32,742 nt of DNA from an uncultured Pseudorhodobacter sp. (GCA_965363575.1 CBDTUV010000001.1:1-32742); one strand, 5' to 3'; positions 17,453-27,935 are shown, numbered from the stretch's first letter. Translations and numbers: made by a program. The notes: generated by a model from the sequence alone, not told the origin.

Positions 17453-20296
17453 ATGACCTATACGCCCGTTGACTATAACACCTATGACTTCGCCAACCGC
17501 CGCCACATCGGCCCCTCGCCCGAGGAAATGGCTGCCATGCTAAAGGCCGTGGGTGCCGCCAGCCTTGACGCGCTTATGGATGAAACCATCCCCGCCTCGA
17601 TTCAGCAAAAAACGCCGCTGGGCTGGGCGCCCTTGGCCGAACATGAGTTTTTGGCCAAAATGCGCGAAGTGGCCTCCATGAACACGGTGATGACCTCGTT
17701 GATTGGCCAAGGCTATTATGGCACGGTTACCCCCCCTGCGATCCAACGCAATATCTTGGAAAACCCCGCGTGGTATACCGCCTACACCCCCTATCAGCCT
17801 GAAATTGCCCAAGGGCGGTTAGAGGCATTGTTGAATTATCAAACCATGGTTGCCGATCTGACCGGCCTGCCCGTCGCCAACGCCAGCCTTTTGGATGAGG
17901 CGACAGCGGCCGCCGAAGCCATGACCATGGCCGAACGCAGCGCAAAATCAAAGGCGCGCGGCTTTTTTGTCGATCGCAACTGCCATCCGCAAACCATCGC
18001 CGTTATCCAAACCCGCGCCGCCCCTTTGGGGATAGAGGTGATGGTGGGCGACCCTGCATCAATGGACCCAAGCACCGTGTTTGGCGGGATATTCCAATAT
18101 CCCGGCACCTACGGCCATGTCACCGACTACACGGATCAAATCGCAGCGCTCCACGCGGCCAAGGCGATTGCGGTTGTGGCCACTGACCTTTTGGCACTGA
18201 CCATGATCAAAGAACCCGGTGCCATGGGCGCCGATATCGCGGTAGGCTCCAGCCAGCGCTTTGGCGTGCCTATGGGTTATGGTGGCCCACACGCCGCCTT
18301 CATGGCTTGCAAGGATGATCTGAAACGCGCCATGCCGGGCCGCATTGTTGGCGTGTCGATCGACAGCCACGGGAACATGGCATACCGCCTGTCGCTGCAA
18401 ACCCGCGAACAACACATTCGCCGCGAGAAGGCCACGTCCAACGTCTGCACGGCGCAGGCTTTGCTGGCCGTCATGGCCTCATTCTACGCGGTGTTCCACG
18501 GACCCAAAGGCCTGCGCGCCATTGCCGAACGGGTGCATTTTTCCACCGTCCGTCTGGGCCGCGCTTTGCGTGCGGCAGGGGCCAAAGTATCGCCCGACGC
18601 GTTCTTTGACACCATCACGGTTGAGGTGGGCGTGGGTCAAGCAGGCATCCTTGCCGCCGCCCGTCATGAAGGCCTGAATTTCCGCAAAATCGGCACCGAC
18701 CGCGTGGGGATTTCACTGGATGAAACCACCGATGAAAAGGTTCTTATTCGGGTTCTGCGCGCCTTTGGTATCGAAGGTGTGCCGCCCCACCGCGCCGTCT
18801 TGGGCTTTCCTGATGCGATGGTCCGCGAAACCGATTATCTGACCCACCCGGTGTTCCACATGAACCGCGCGGAATCGGAAATGATGCGCTATATGCGCCG
18901 CCTGTCGGACCGTGACCTCGCCCTTGACCGTGCTATGATCCCGCTTGGGTCTTGCACGATGAAGCTGAACGCCGCGGCCGAAATGATGCCCATCACTTGG
19001 CCGGAATTCGGCTCTTTGCACCCGTTTGTGCCTTTGGATCAAGCCAAAGGCTATGCTTATGCTATCGACGATCTGTCAAAGAAACTCTGTGAAATCACAG
19101 GCTACGACGCCATGTCGATGCAACCCAATTCGGGGGCCCAAGGCGAATATGCGGGCCTGCTGACTATCCAAGCCTATCACCGCGCCAATGGTGGCGGTGA
19201 CCGCAACATCTGCTTGATCCCCACTTCGGCGCACGGCACCAATCCGGCATCCGCGCAAATGGCGGGGATGAAAGTTGTCGTCGTCAAATCGGCCCCGAAC
19301 GGCGATGTCGACCTTGATGATTTCCGCGAAAAGGCCGCGGCAGCGGGCGATAAACTGGCGGCTTGTATGATCACCTACCCCTCCACCCACGGCGTGTTTG
19401 AGGAAACCGTGGGCGAAGTGTGCAAGATCACCCATGACCACGGCGGCCAGGTCTATATCGACGGGGCCAATATGAACGCGCTGGTGGGTCTTGTGAAACC
19501 GGGCAAAATTGGCGGCGATGTCAGCCACCTGAACCTGCATAAAACCTTTGCAATCCCGCATGGCGGCGGTGGTCCGGGCATGGGGCCAATCGGCGTGGGC
19601 GCGCACTTGGCCCCCTACCTGCCGGGCCACCCTGAACAGACGGGTTTAACCGAAGGGCCGGTATCGGCCACGCCTTATGGGTCTGCGAGCATTTTGCTCA
19701 TTTCATGGGCCTATTGCCTGATGATGGGTGGCGAAGGTCTGACACAGGCCACCCGCGTGGCAATCTTGAACGCCAACTATATCGCAGCACGGCTGAACGG
19801 TGCTTATCCGATCCTGTTCATGGGCAACAAAGGCCGTGTCGCACATGAATGTATCCTTGACACCCGGCCCTTTGCCGATTGCGGCGTCACGGTGGATGAT
19901 ATCGCCAAACGTCTGATTGATAACGGCTTTCACGCGCCGACCATGTCATGGCCGGTATCTGGCACCTTGATGGTGGAACCCACGGAATCCGAAACCAAGG
20001 CAGAGATTGACCGTTTTATTACCGCCCTACTCGCCATCCGCGCGGAAATCCAATCGGTGCAAGACGGCGAGATTTCGGCCGAGGACAGCCCGCTCCGCCA
20101 CGCCCCACACACGGTCAACGACCTCGTGGCGGACTGGGATCGCAAGTACAGCCGTGAGGCCGCTTGCTTTCCGCCCGGTGCGTTCCGTGTTGATAAATAC
20201 TGGCCGCCTGTAGGTCGCGTCGATAACGTACATGGCGACCGTAACCTGATCTGCACCTGCCCGCCTTTGTCTGATTATGCCGAGGCGGCAGAGTAA
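17453..20296 (+). CDS. gcvP: Glycine dehydrogenase (decarboxylating), single-chain P protein
   Basis: [54 protein letters not shown] motif HLNLHKTF. Start at 17453 or 17447. Confidence 0.97.
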   Translation: MTYTPVDYNTYDFANRRHIGPSPEEMAAMLKAVGAASLDALMDETIPASIQQKTPLGWAPLAEHEFLAKMREVASMNTVMTSLIGQGYYGTVTPPAIQRNILENPAWYTAYTPYQPEIAQGRLEALLNYQTMVADLTGLPVANASLLDEATAAAEAMTMAERSAKSKARGFFVDRNCHPQTIAVIQTRAAPLGIEVMVGDPASMDPSTVFGGIFQYPGTYGHVTDYTDQIAALHAAKAIAVVATDLLALTMIKEPGAMGADIAVGSSQRFGVPMGYGGPHAAFMACKDDLKRAMPGRIVGVSIDSHGNMAYRLSLQTREQHIRREKATSNVCTAQALLAVMASFYAVFHGPKGLRAIAERVHFSTVRLGRALRAAGAKVSPDAFFDTITVEVGVGQAGILAAARHEGLNFRKIGTDRVGISLDETTDEKVLIRVLRAFGIEGVPPHRAVLGFPDAMVRETDYLTHPVFHMNRAESEMMRYMRRLSDRDLALDRAMIPLGSCTMKLNAAAEMMPITWPEFGSLHPFVPLDQAKGYAYAIDDLSKKLCEITGYDAMSMQPNSGAQGEYAGLLTIQAYHRANGGGDRNICLIPTSAHGTNPASAQMAGMKVVVVKSAPNGDVDLDDFREKAAAAGDKLAACMITYPSTHGVFEETVGEVCKITHDHGGQVYIDGANMNALVGLVKPGKIGGDVSHLNLHKTFAIPHGGGGPGMGPIGVGAHLAPYLPGHPEQTGLTEGPVSATPYGSASILLISWAYCLMMGGEGLTQATRVAILNANYIAARLNGAYPILFMGNKGRVAHECILDTRPFADCGVTVDDIAKRLIDNGFHAPTMSWPVSGTLMVEPTESETKAEIDRFITALLAIRAEIQSVQDGEISAEDSPLRHAPHTVNDLVADWDRKYSREAACFPPGAFRVDKYWPPVGRVDNVHGDRNLICTCPPLSDYAEAAE

Positions 20297-20309
20297 AGCG
20301 GTTTGCCCG

Positions 20310-20340
20310 CTTGAAGGCCTCTCAATGGCCCCCTACATAT
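20310..20340 (+). promoter_or_regulatory. Candidate RpoH (sigma32) promoter for trxC
   Basis: CTTGAA (20310-20315), 16-nt spacer, CCTACAT (20332-20338); close to the alphaproteobacterial CTTGAA-N16-CCTATAT consensus. Confidence 0.65.
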
Positions 20341-20369
20341 AAAAACAACGGAATATGAAGGGGGCCAAA

Positions 20370-20810
20370 ATGGCAGATGGCGTAAAACTGGCCTGCACTA
20401 CCTGTGGGCAAATGAACCGGGTGCCTACGGCCAAACTGACCGCAAATCCCAAGTGCGGTTCTTGCGGTGACCCGCTTGTCACTGGCAAAGTGGCCGAGCT
20501 TGACCCCGCCATCCATGACAAGGCCACGCGCGGCGATGATCTGCCGTTGCTGGTTGATTATTGGGCGCCATGGTGCGGCCCTTGCCGCATGATGGCCCCT
20601 GAATTTGCCAAGGCCGCCAAAACACTTGAAGGTCGCGCGCGATTTGCCAAGATCAACACCCAAGATCATCCCAAAATCTCTGACCGTTTGCGCATACAAG
20701 GCATCCCTTTGCTGATCCTTTACCACAAGGGACGTGAAGTGGCCCGCCTGCCCGGCGCCCGCCCTGCCGTCGACATTACCGCTTTTGTGACAGAAAAAAC
20801 GCCTGCATAG
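20370..20810 (+). CDS. trxC: Thioredoxin 2 with N-terminal zinc finger
   Basis: CTTC and CGSC zinc-binding motifs; DYWAPWCGPC active site; GGGGG RBS. Confidence 0.93.
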   Translation: MADGVKLACTTCGQMNRVPTAKLTANPKCGSCGDPLVTGKVAELDPAIHDKATRGDDLPLLVDYWAPWCGPCRMMAPEFAKAAKTLEGRARFAKINTQDHPKISDRLRIQGIPLLILYHKGREVARLPGARPAVDITAFVTEKTPA

Positions 20811-20894
20811 GCAGTCTAAGCATACGCCACGCCCCATTGGCACTAGGTTCGAAAATAGCGAGGATTGGCCAAAACTATACAAGACCGCTGCCCA

Positions 20895-21179
20895 ATGCAG
20901 TTCGAATTTGATAAAATTGCGCCAGAGGTTGGCTATAAACTTCTCTCCTCGACTATCACGCCGCGCCCGATTGCCTAGATTAGCACGCTTGACCTGAACA
21001 GTCTGGTCAACGCGGCGCCCTACAGCTTTTTCAACGCCGTGGGCCACTCCCTGCCTACCGTTGCCATAGGCCTTTTGCGCGATGTCGCGCGCGTTTGGAA
21101 AGACACCGCCCGCAACATCCTTGAGACTGGCGAATTTGTCGTGAACCTTGTGCCCGAAGCCTTGGTCGACGCGATGAAC
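20895..21179 (+). pseudogene. Flavin reductase family pseudogene (nonsense codon and truncation)
   Basis: MQFEFDKIAPEVGYKLLSSTITPRPIA*ISTL..VNAAPYSFFNAVG..KDTARNILETGEFVVNLV..AMN. TAG at 20976-20978 replaces the Trp of PRPIAW. Similarity ends at the IS110 remnant. Confidence 0.85.
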
Positions 21180-21370
21180 ACCAGGCGCACAGGGCTGTTG
21201 TAGCCTGACCGCATCAAAAACAAACGTTCGAAGTCCGCGAGTTGGTTTAGAACGGTCAAACGGCGGCGGCGCCTCTTGCCTGAAACTGCGATCAAGACCT
21301 CATGCCGGGCCTTGGATATATCAATCGCATCCTAGACAGGCGCGGTTTGTGCAATAATGGTATCGGTCAT
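21180..21370 (-). mobile_element. IS110-family transposase 5' remnant
   Basis: AGAGG RBS; MTDTIIAQTAPV*DAIDISKARHEVLIAVSGKRRRRRLTVLNQLADFERL..PVRL. The xIDISK motif is the first DEDD aspartate. In-frame stop at 21332-21334; truncated before the FEATG motif. Confidence 0.75.
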
Positions 21371-21410
21371 AACCTCTTAATCAGCGTCATTCCGAGGGTG
21401 TTATGGCGCA

Positions 21411-21730
21411 GAATTCATTGCCAATAAGTAAGGGCTTGGATCAGGACTCTCAGTGCGAAAACCACGTTTATCGCACCAGGATCACCGTGGGGAAACGGCT
21501 ATTGAGAGAGCTTTAATTCTATGTTCAGGGATGAACCTATCAACGGCGAGGTATTCTATTCGTTGAGCAAGGCCGAGATCCTGATCGAACTTTGGAACAC
21601 CACTACATCACAGTCAGACCGCACAGCGCCTTGCGCTTCCGTCCGCCTGCGCCAGAAAGTATGATGCCGATTGGCCTGAGGCCTACCATGCAGTAACCGT
21701 CAATTCACTCCACCCAATGGGGGCAGACGA
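21411..21730 (+). mobile_element. IS3-family transposase C-terminal remnant with degenerate right end
   Basis: EFIA..KTTFIAPGSPWGNGY*ESFNSMFRDEPINGEVFYSLSKAEILIELW / HYITVRPHSALRFRPPAPE..MQ*, with frameshifts and TGA at 21503. Followed by an IR-like CCACCCAATGGGGGCAGACGA. Confidence 0.85.
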
Positions 21731-21852
21731 GTTAACGCGCATTCAAACTTTGGACAGATTTCGCACCCAAAATGATCGGGCAAAAGCGGTCACGTCACGT
21801 ATGTTCAGGCTGATGGCTTTGACTTGGCAGTTCCCTCAAAGAAATAGTCGGG

Positions 21853-23193
21853 CTATTGTTCCCGGAAGGCGCGCGTCATGCTGTCAACGATTGGTTTTGC
21901 GAGGTATTGCGCAAAGGTTCGTTCTGCCGTCTGGATCATTATCTGGGCTGGCATCCCCGGCGTGGGTGTGAAGTGTCCCACACGGCGGATTTCGTTGGCC
22001 GATAGGGAAATTCGGGCCACATACACTTCTGTCGGGATGCCGGTTGAGGTGTCGGTAATTGAATCGGCCGAGACGTAGAACACTTCGCCGTTCAGCACCG
22101 GGGTCGTGCGTTGGTTCAGCGCGGTTAGACGGACGGTCGCTGGCTGGCCGGCGCGAACACTGTCAATGTCATTGCGAGGAATCTGAACCTCAATGATCAG
22201 CGGTTCGCTTTCGGGTAGAATTTCAAGGATCGGGCGACCACTTTCGATCACGCCGCCACCAGTGTGATAATACAGGCGAACAACCGTGCCCGAGACAGGC
22301 GCCAACACATCCGACCGTTCCCGCACATTCACCGCGGTACGGGACTTTTCGCGCACGCTATCAAGTTCGCTTTGGATTGTTTGCAGGTTATCAAGCGCCA
22401 ATTGCCGATAGCGGTCCAATGTCTGCTCTATCTGCTGTCCGTATTTGAGGTCGACCTGCGCGATCTCATCCACCTCGGCCTTGAGCCGTCCGATCTGGCC
22501 CTCAGCCTCTATCAAGGCCAACTGGATGCTCAACACTTCAGATGACCTAACAAGCCCTCGGTCGAGCAATTTGTTCTTCGTTGCCATTTCCGTTTGCAAC
22601 ACAGTCAACTGCCGCGTTTGCGCGTCTAGCTGAGTTTCATAACCCACTCGGCGCATGTTCAGCGCTTCTATGTTGCGTTGCAGAAGGCCGATGTCATTTT
22701 TCAGCGCACTTTCCGCCACCTGAAATGAGATCATCTGGCCGTCAAGGATGGCTGCAATTTCGTTGTCTGCCCTCTCTGCCTGTAGGGCTTCAGGGTATAC
22801 CAGCACCTCTTTGCGGTTATACTGGGCAAGCAACCGCGCCTCGCTTGCCTCAAGCCGGGCTTGGCGCAGGCCAAGTTCGCGTTCACTGGCGGCAGCAGCG
22901 GTTTGGTCGAGGCGGACCAAGACTTGTCCAGCTTTGACGTGATCGCCCTCGCGTGCATTTATTTCGCGGATAATGCCGCCTTCTAGGTGCTGGACGATCT
23001 TGTTCTGTCCAGTCGCAACAAAGCTTCCCTGCGCGATAATGGCCGCAGCTAGGGGAGCTTGAAACGCCCAAAGGCCAAAGCCGCCAAAGGTAAGAAGCAT
23101 CAGGGAAAAGCTAATGATGACATGCCATTTGATTGACCGGGGGACGGAAGCATACCATTCTGGTTCCGGCGGTTGATGTGTCACCATGCTCAT
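21853..23193 (-). CDS. HlyD/PrtE-family type I secretion periplasmic adaptor
   Basis: One N-terminal TM, KIVQHLEGGII, long coiled coil, APVSGTV, PGMPAQIMIQTAERTFAQYLAKPI. Confidence 0.95.
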   Translation of the reverse strand: MSMVTHQPPEPEWYASVPRSIKWHVIISFSLMLLTFGGFGLWAFQAPLAAAIIAQGSFVATGQNKIVQHLEGGIIREINAREGDHVKAGQVLVRLDQTAAAASERELGLRQARLEASEARLLAQYNRKEVLVYPEALQAERADNEIAAILDGQMISFQVAESALKNDIGLLQRNIEALNMRRVGYETQLDAQTRQLTVLQTEMATKNKLLDRGLVRSSEVLSIQLALIEAEGQIGRLKAEVDEIAQVDLKYGQQIEQTLDRYRQLALDNLQTIQSELDSVREKSRTAVNVRERSDVLAPVSGTVVRLYYHTGGGVIESGRPILEILPESEPLIIEVQIPRNDIDSVRAGQPATVRLTALNQRTTPVLNGEVFYVSADSITDTSTGIPTEVYVARISLSANEIRRVGHFTPTPGMPAQIMIQTAERTFAQYLAKPIVDSMTRAFREQ

Positions 23194-25376
23194 TTTGTAA
23201 CCTTTGGCGGTGCTTTGCGGCCCGCAAGTTTTTCAAGCACTGCCTGACGTTCACCGAACATTTGGATGGTGCCATCGGCCAGTAGCATAATCTTGTTCAC
23301 CGAACTAAGCAGGGACGGCTTTTGGGTGATGACAACCACGGTGATCTTGTTGTCTTGGGCATGTTTCACCGCGCGGGCCAGGGCCTTGTCTCCATTGGTA
23401 TCTAGATTTGAATTCGGCTCATCCAACACCACAAAGCGCGGATTGCCAAAGAAGGCACGGGCCAGTGCGATGCGCTGTTTTTGCCCACCGGATAGGGGGG
23501 AGCCATCGGCAGCCACAACAGTTTCATAGCCTTGCGGCAGGTTCGCGATCATCTCATGAACATCCGCTAGGCTTGCTGCCTTGAATATATCGGCGTCCGT
23601 GGCGTCTTCACGCATCCGCCCGATGTTTTGCTTTATGGATCCAGGGAAAAGCTGCACGTCTTGCGGCAGATACCCGATATTTTCGCCTAGCTGGCGCGGA
23701 TCCCAGTTGCGCAGATCCATCAGGTCAAGCCGGACGTTGCCCGATGTTGGCATCACTGACCCCACCAGCATTTTGCCAAGCGTGGTTTTGCCCGCGCCAG
23801 AATTGCCGATAACAGCCAGCGTTTCACCAGGGTTCAGCGAAAAGCTGACCCCATTAAGCACAACCTGCTTGGTCCCCCCGGGAACGTACAGCAACCGTTC
23901 AACATCCAACCGACCTTCGGGTTGCGGCAGATTCAGCCGTTCGAACTGCACCTTGGAACTGGTCAGAAGCGTTTTGATCCGGCCAAAAGCCGAGCGTGAG
24001 ACGGAATAGGAATTCCACCCTTCAATCGACCCTTCGATTGGGGCCAGCGCACGGCCTGCGATGATTGATGCGGCAATGACCATGCCGCCGGTAATCTGCC
24101 CGTCGAGCGCCAGAAACGCTCCCCAACCCAGCATTGTGACCTGAGTAAGGAGGCGGATGATGCGTGACGCGGCAGCAGTAATGATGTTGCGATCTTGTGC
24201 TCGCACCTGTGCCGAAAGTGAATTTGCCGTGTCACGGCCCCAGATTTTCACCGTCTCGGGTATCATTGCGAGGGCGTTGATAATCTGGGAATTGCGGGCC
24301 ATTGAGTCGAGATGCATGTTTGCTTTCGACTGGGCCATGTTTGCTTCGCCAAAAGGTTTTGCGGTGATCCGCTGGTTGATAACCGCCACGACCAACAACA
24401 TCAGGCTCGTCGCTATAACGATCGCGCCAAGATGAGGGTGGACCATAAAGATCGCAAAGATAAAGAGGGGGGCAAACGGCACGTCGAGGAAAGAAATCAG
24501 CGTGCCCGATGTAAGAAACCCTCGCAGCGTTTGCAGATCACCAAGCGTTTGATATTCGCGACCTGTGCCGTGCAGGGATGCGTGGGCTGCCGCACTTAGG
24601 ATTGGGGCGCCAAGGCGTGCGGCCACCTCCACCGCAGTGCGCAACAGGATAAAGCGGCGGAAGGCGTCAAAGATTGCCTGAAAGACTACCGCACCTACGA
24701 TGATGATCGTCAGCATAATCAATGTATCAACAGACCGACTGGTCAGCACACGATCCGAGATTTGAAAGAGATAGACCGGGATTGCGAGGATCAGCACATT
24801 GGTGGCGCAAGTCAGGATCAACACAACAACTAGATTGCGTTTGACAGCAGCCAAACCTTGCTTAAGACTTTCGCCAAAATCATCGTCGCGCAAACGTTTG
24901 TGGAACTTAGGTGGTGGGCCGCCCTTTCCGCCGCCGTTCGCGGGCAGGTTTGCATTTGGCTCTTTCACCTTGATCGGGCCCGAGTCGCCTTCGATGGTGG
25001 GACCGGGCAGGTCGCGCGGCTCGCTGATGCGGGCTTCGACCTTAGGTGTTAAAATATGTGTTGGGTCAGCTTTCGGCGCGGGGTTGCTTTTGGGCGCCGG
25101 GTCTGGATCTGATTTGATCCTTTCCGCGGCAAACACAACGGGCGCGGGCTTTGGTATAGGTGGGGCCATTTTTGATGCTGGTTGGGGGGGCGTTTTCATC
25201 CTGCTTATGCGGAACGGAACGTTTTGGACTGCAGCTTCTCTTGGCGTGTTTCCGACCATCTGTTCGGCAGTCAAGTATAGCACTCTTGTCTCCTTAGGTG
25301 GAGTAAGTGTTAGGCGGCGTTGCACCAATAAAGGTGGCGCGGCCTCATCGTCTGGGGTGCTCGTATGATCTTTCAC
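23190..25376 (-). CDS. PrtD-like type I secretion ABC permease/ATPase with Pro-rich N-terminal extension
   Basis: QISDRVLTSRSVDTL, GRALAPIE, Walker A GNSGAGKTT, IGYLPQDVQLF, LSGGQKQRIALARA, VVLDEPNSNLD. No C39 peptidase domain evident. Confidence 0.94.
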   Translation of the reverse strand: MKDHTSTPDDEAAPPLLVQRRLTLTPPKETRVLYLTAEQMVGNTPREAAVQNVPFRISRMKTPPQPASKMAPPIPKPAPVVFAAERIKSDPDPAPKSNPAPKADPTHILTPKVEARISEPRDLPGPTIEGDSGPIKVKEPNANLPANGGGKGGPPPKFHKRLRDDDFGESLKQGLAAVKRNLVVVLILTCATNVLILAIPVYLFQISDRVLTSRSVDTLIMLTIIIVGAVVFQAIFDAFRRFILLRTAVEVAARLGAPILSAAAHASLHGTGREYQTLGDLQTLRGFLTSGTLISFLDVPFAPLFIFAIFMVHPHLGAIVIATSLMLLVVAVINQRITAKPFGEANMAQSKANMHLDSMARNSQIINALAMIPETVKIWGRDTANSLSAQVRAQDRNIITAAASRIIRLLTQVTMLGWGAFLALDGQITGGMVIAASIIAGRALAPIEGSIEGWNSYSVSRSAFGRIKTLLTSSKVQFERLNLPQPEGRLDVERLLYVPGGTKQVVLNGVSFSLNPGETLAVIGNSGAGKTTLGKMLVGSVMPTSGNVRLDLMDLRNWDPRQLGENIGYLPQDVQLFPGSIKQNIGRMREDATDADIFKAASLADVHEMIANLPQGYETVVAADGSPLSGGQKQRIALARAFFGNPRFVVLDEPNSNLDTNGDKALARAVKHAQDNKITVVVITQKPSLLSSVNKIMLLADGTIQMFGERQAVLEKLAGRKAPPKVTK

Positions 25377-25405
25377 TGGATACCTACGTCTCGGTCTATT
25401 GAATT

Positions 25406-27796
25406 CTAGCTCAACATGGTTTGCATGATGTCAGATTGCCCCATGGCATCGGCGATCAGGCCGTGGGTCGAATTAGTGATGTCGTCACCCAACGTATCTG
25501 CGCCCATGTCGTCAGTTAGAAAGGCCACCGCTTCATTTGCGAGATCGGCTATTGAGGTGCCGGTTTCCATTAGGTCAGTATCAATCAGATTGGCCTGATA
25601 GATCAGCGCATCGGAATATGCGGTGCCCTGCGCCATCACGGTGCTGTCCATCCCGTTGTCGCGAATGGCCGCTATATTGGCTAGAATGTTTGACCCGGTG
25701 GTCACCTTAATCATATCTTGGAGATCGGATGCGAAATTGTCGCGGGCAAGGTGGACCTGATCAGCGTCGCCTAAAATGTTGACTTGTTCGACCATATTCA
25801 CCGTCGTGAAATCACCGTCGATGTACAAAACCCGCAGAAGTTCGGTTCCAAGAAAGGCAGGGTCCTCGACCACTTCGTCAGGAATATAGTCGTTGCCTTG
25901 GGCAAAGCTGTTCAGAACATCGGCAAAGGTCTGGTTGATCGCGGCATCGGTATCCTGACCGATGGTCTGAATCGACGCTTGATTATAAGCTAGGTTGTCG
26001 CCGGTCGAAAATGCGGACGCTGTCGCCGGGGGCGAGCCGTTTGGCTGAGCATCGGCGGCGTCGAGCGCAGGATCTGCGGCATCAGTTTCGAGGCCTGTGT
26101 GTTCGGCAACCCCTGCTACGGGGGGGGGCTCAACAGCAACACCGTTCGTTGCGGCGGACTGTTGAGAAGTGCCATCAACGTTTGTGCCGTCTATTGCAAT
26201 TGATGCGGCAACAACGGGCTGAGCCGTCACCTCCGCAATGTCAGATTCAACGCCAGTTGCCGCCGTGCCGTTCAGGGTTGATGCAACCGTTTCCAAATTC
26301 TCTGAAGGCTGGGTTCTCGCTGACGAGGTCGTGTCGATCACGTCGCTGTCAAGCAGGATATTCAACTGGCTTATCAGATTGATGTCGATGAGGTTGCCGC
26401 CAACAAGGATCAAATCGTAATGATATCCAAGTTCATGGATATTGAAACTATTGCTCAGATTGTTCTCACCCAACCCAAGGAAGGTTGCCGAACCTGAAAA
26501 GGTCACCACGGCCTGATCATAGTCTGTGGCGAATGAGTGCTGCTTAACCCAGTTAATTTGCGTGACAGGTCCATCATAGCGCACCACGGCCCAATTCGCG
26601 GGCGCATGCAAAAGGAAAGATGGTTCCGCATTAGTCGCTGGTTCTGGCTCATACTCGTTGCCATCTTCGGCAGCCGCTTTAGCCGCAGCCTCTTGGGCCG
26701 CAAGCTTGGCCGCAGCGACGGTTTGCATCCCGATTTTGGCAGCGTTAGACGCCATTGAGGATTGATCCGCCACAAGGGAGGACGACAGGCCGTTTGTCAC
26801 GCTGTCATGGTCAACAATGACGTTGACCTGAGAAATCGCGTCCATACGCACCACGTCACCCGCAACGGCGATTACTTTCGCATCAAGCCAACTTGACGTA
26901 ATGGAAGCGGTATTCACAAGACTGTTGGCACCAGCCACAACGGCATGACCGTCTTCAACCTTGAAGGGGCTTTCAGCCTTACCAAAGTCGGCACCGAAAT
27001 CGTGGCCGTCTGTAGTGGCGTCATGGGGTGCGGCAGCTGCTTCGGCTTTCGCCAGTTTTTCGGCTATATAGGCTGGCTGCATGTCCTTGAAAGCGACGAA
27101 CTCTTCGGCGGCAACTCCATCAATAAAGGTGCCTTTCGCGCTATCACCCAGCAAGACAGTGGTTGTCAGTGTGCCGTTGGTACCGGTTCCAATCGCAGCT
27201 GCAGCTGTTTGGATTTGGCCAATAACCACTGACCAATTGTCCGAGGTCGGAAGAACGTCCAGCTTCATAGGAAGGAGGGGCGCCACACTAGCAGAGACGG
27301 AGTGAAGTGTCGCAATCAGGGACGAGACCGCCTGAAAGCCACCCGAGATAACCGCGCCAAAGCTATCGTTGTCGGATAGCGTGTTGACCTGATAGGTTAC
27401 CTGCGCGATTGAACTTGGCGGGGGGAGTTTGAAGTTTAGGGTCGCGTTGTGCGTGGCAACACCGAGCGAGCCAATTTCCTCACTGACTTCAAGCACCGGG
27501 ATAGGAACCGCGCTGGCAAGTGTAATTGGGTTCTGAACGGTGGGAGCGATTTGCTCTGGCGCGGATGCCACTGCCTCGGGTGGCGGGGCCTTCACCTTGA
27601 CGCCCGCGTCAACGTCTTCGAGTTGGTAGGCTTCCTTAGCTTTAAGGCTGCGCAGTTCAATCGCTCTGGCGTCATCTTCTGCGTTTTTGATCGCACGAAA
27701 CTTATCGTATTCAGCGCGCATTCGGGCTTCTTGTTCGATCAGTTCAAAGGCACCAATAAAGTGCGCGATTTTTTCTGAAATGGCGTCCATCCACAT
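25406..27796 (-). CDS. T1SS-associated hypothetical protein with alternating QxNxLxDxD / GxNxxxNxAxI repeats
   Basis: 796-aa ORF co-oriented in the operon; no signal peptide; about six copies of motif A and five of motif B. Confidence 0.85.
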   Translation of the reverse strand: MWMDAISEKIAHFIGAFELIEQEARMRAEYDKFRAIKNAEDDARAIELRSLKAKEAYQLEDVDAGVKVKAPPPEAVASAPEQIAPTVQNPITLASAVPIPVLEVSEEIGSLGVATHNATLNFKLPPPSSIAQVTYQVNTLSDNDSFGAVISGGFQAVSSLIATLHSVSASVAPLLPMKLDVLPTSDNWSVVIGQIQTAAAAIGTGTNGTLTTTVLLGDSAKGTFIDGVAAEEFVAFKDMQPAYIAEKLAKAEAAAAPHDATTDGHDFGADFGKAESPFKVEDGHAVVAGANSLVNTASITSSWLDAKVIAVAGDVVRMDAISQVNVIVDHDSVTNGLSSSLVADQSSMASNAAKIGMQTVAAAKLAAQEAAAKAAAEDGNEYEPEPATNAEPSFLLHAPANWAVVRYDGPVTQINWVKQHSFATDYDQAVVTFSGSATFLGLGENNLSNSFNIHELGYHYDLILVGGNLIDINLISQLNILLDSDVIDTTSSARTQPSENLETVASTLNGTAATGVESDIAEVTAQPVVAASIAIDGTNVDGTSQQSAATNGVAVEPPPVAGVAEHTGLETDAADPALDAADAQPNGSPPATASAFSTGDNLAYNQASIQTIGQDTDAAINQTFADVLNSFAQGNDYIPDEVVEDPAFLGTELLRVLYIDGDFTTVNMVEQVNILGDADQVHLARDNFASDLQDMIKVTTGSNILANIAAIRDNGMDSTVMAQGTAYSDALIYQANLIDTDLMETGTSIADLANEAVAFLTDDMGADTLGDDITNSTHGLIADAMGQSDIMQTMLS

Positions 27797-27898
27797 GACG
27801 AGAAGCCCCTAAGTATGTGCAGGCCGGAAATTGACCGCGTGTGTTTGCCGATGAAGATATCACCCGGCTGGTGATTTGAAATTTGGGTGGTCAGAGAA

Positions 27899-27926
27899 TC
27901 GGGGGCCGGGACTGGCCGGCCCCCGA
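27899..27926 (-). terminator. Strong hairpin right after the 1170-aa gene
   Basis: TCGGGGGCCGG-N6-CCGGCCCCCGA, an 11-bp perfect stem 9 nt after the stop; weak U-tract (TTCTCT) on the minus strand. Confidence 0.75.
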
Positions 27927-27935
27927 AAGTGTTGC

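Noticed and set aside
20976..20978. TAG as pyrrolysine or programmed read-through
   Set aside because: A single TGG>TAG change in a gene that is also truncated; ordinary decay is simpler.
21371..21410. IS110 bridge RNA or an active element
   Set aside because: Only ~40 bp lie upstream of the ORF before IS3 sequence begins, and the transposase is stopped and truncated.
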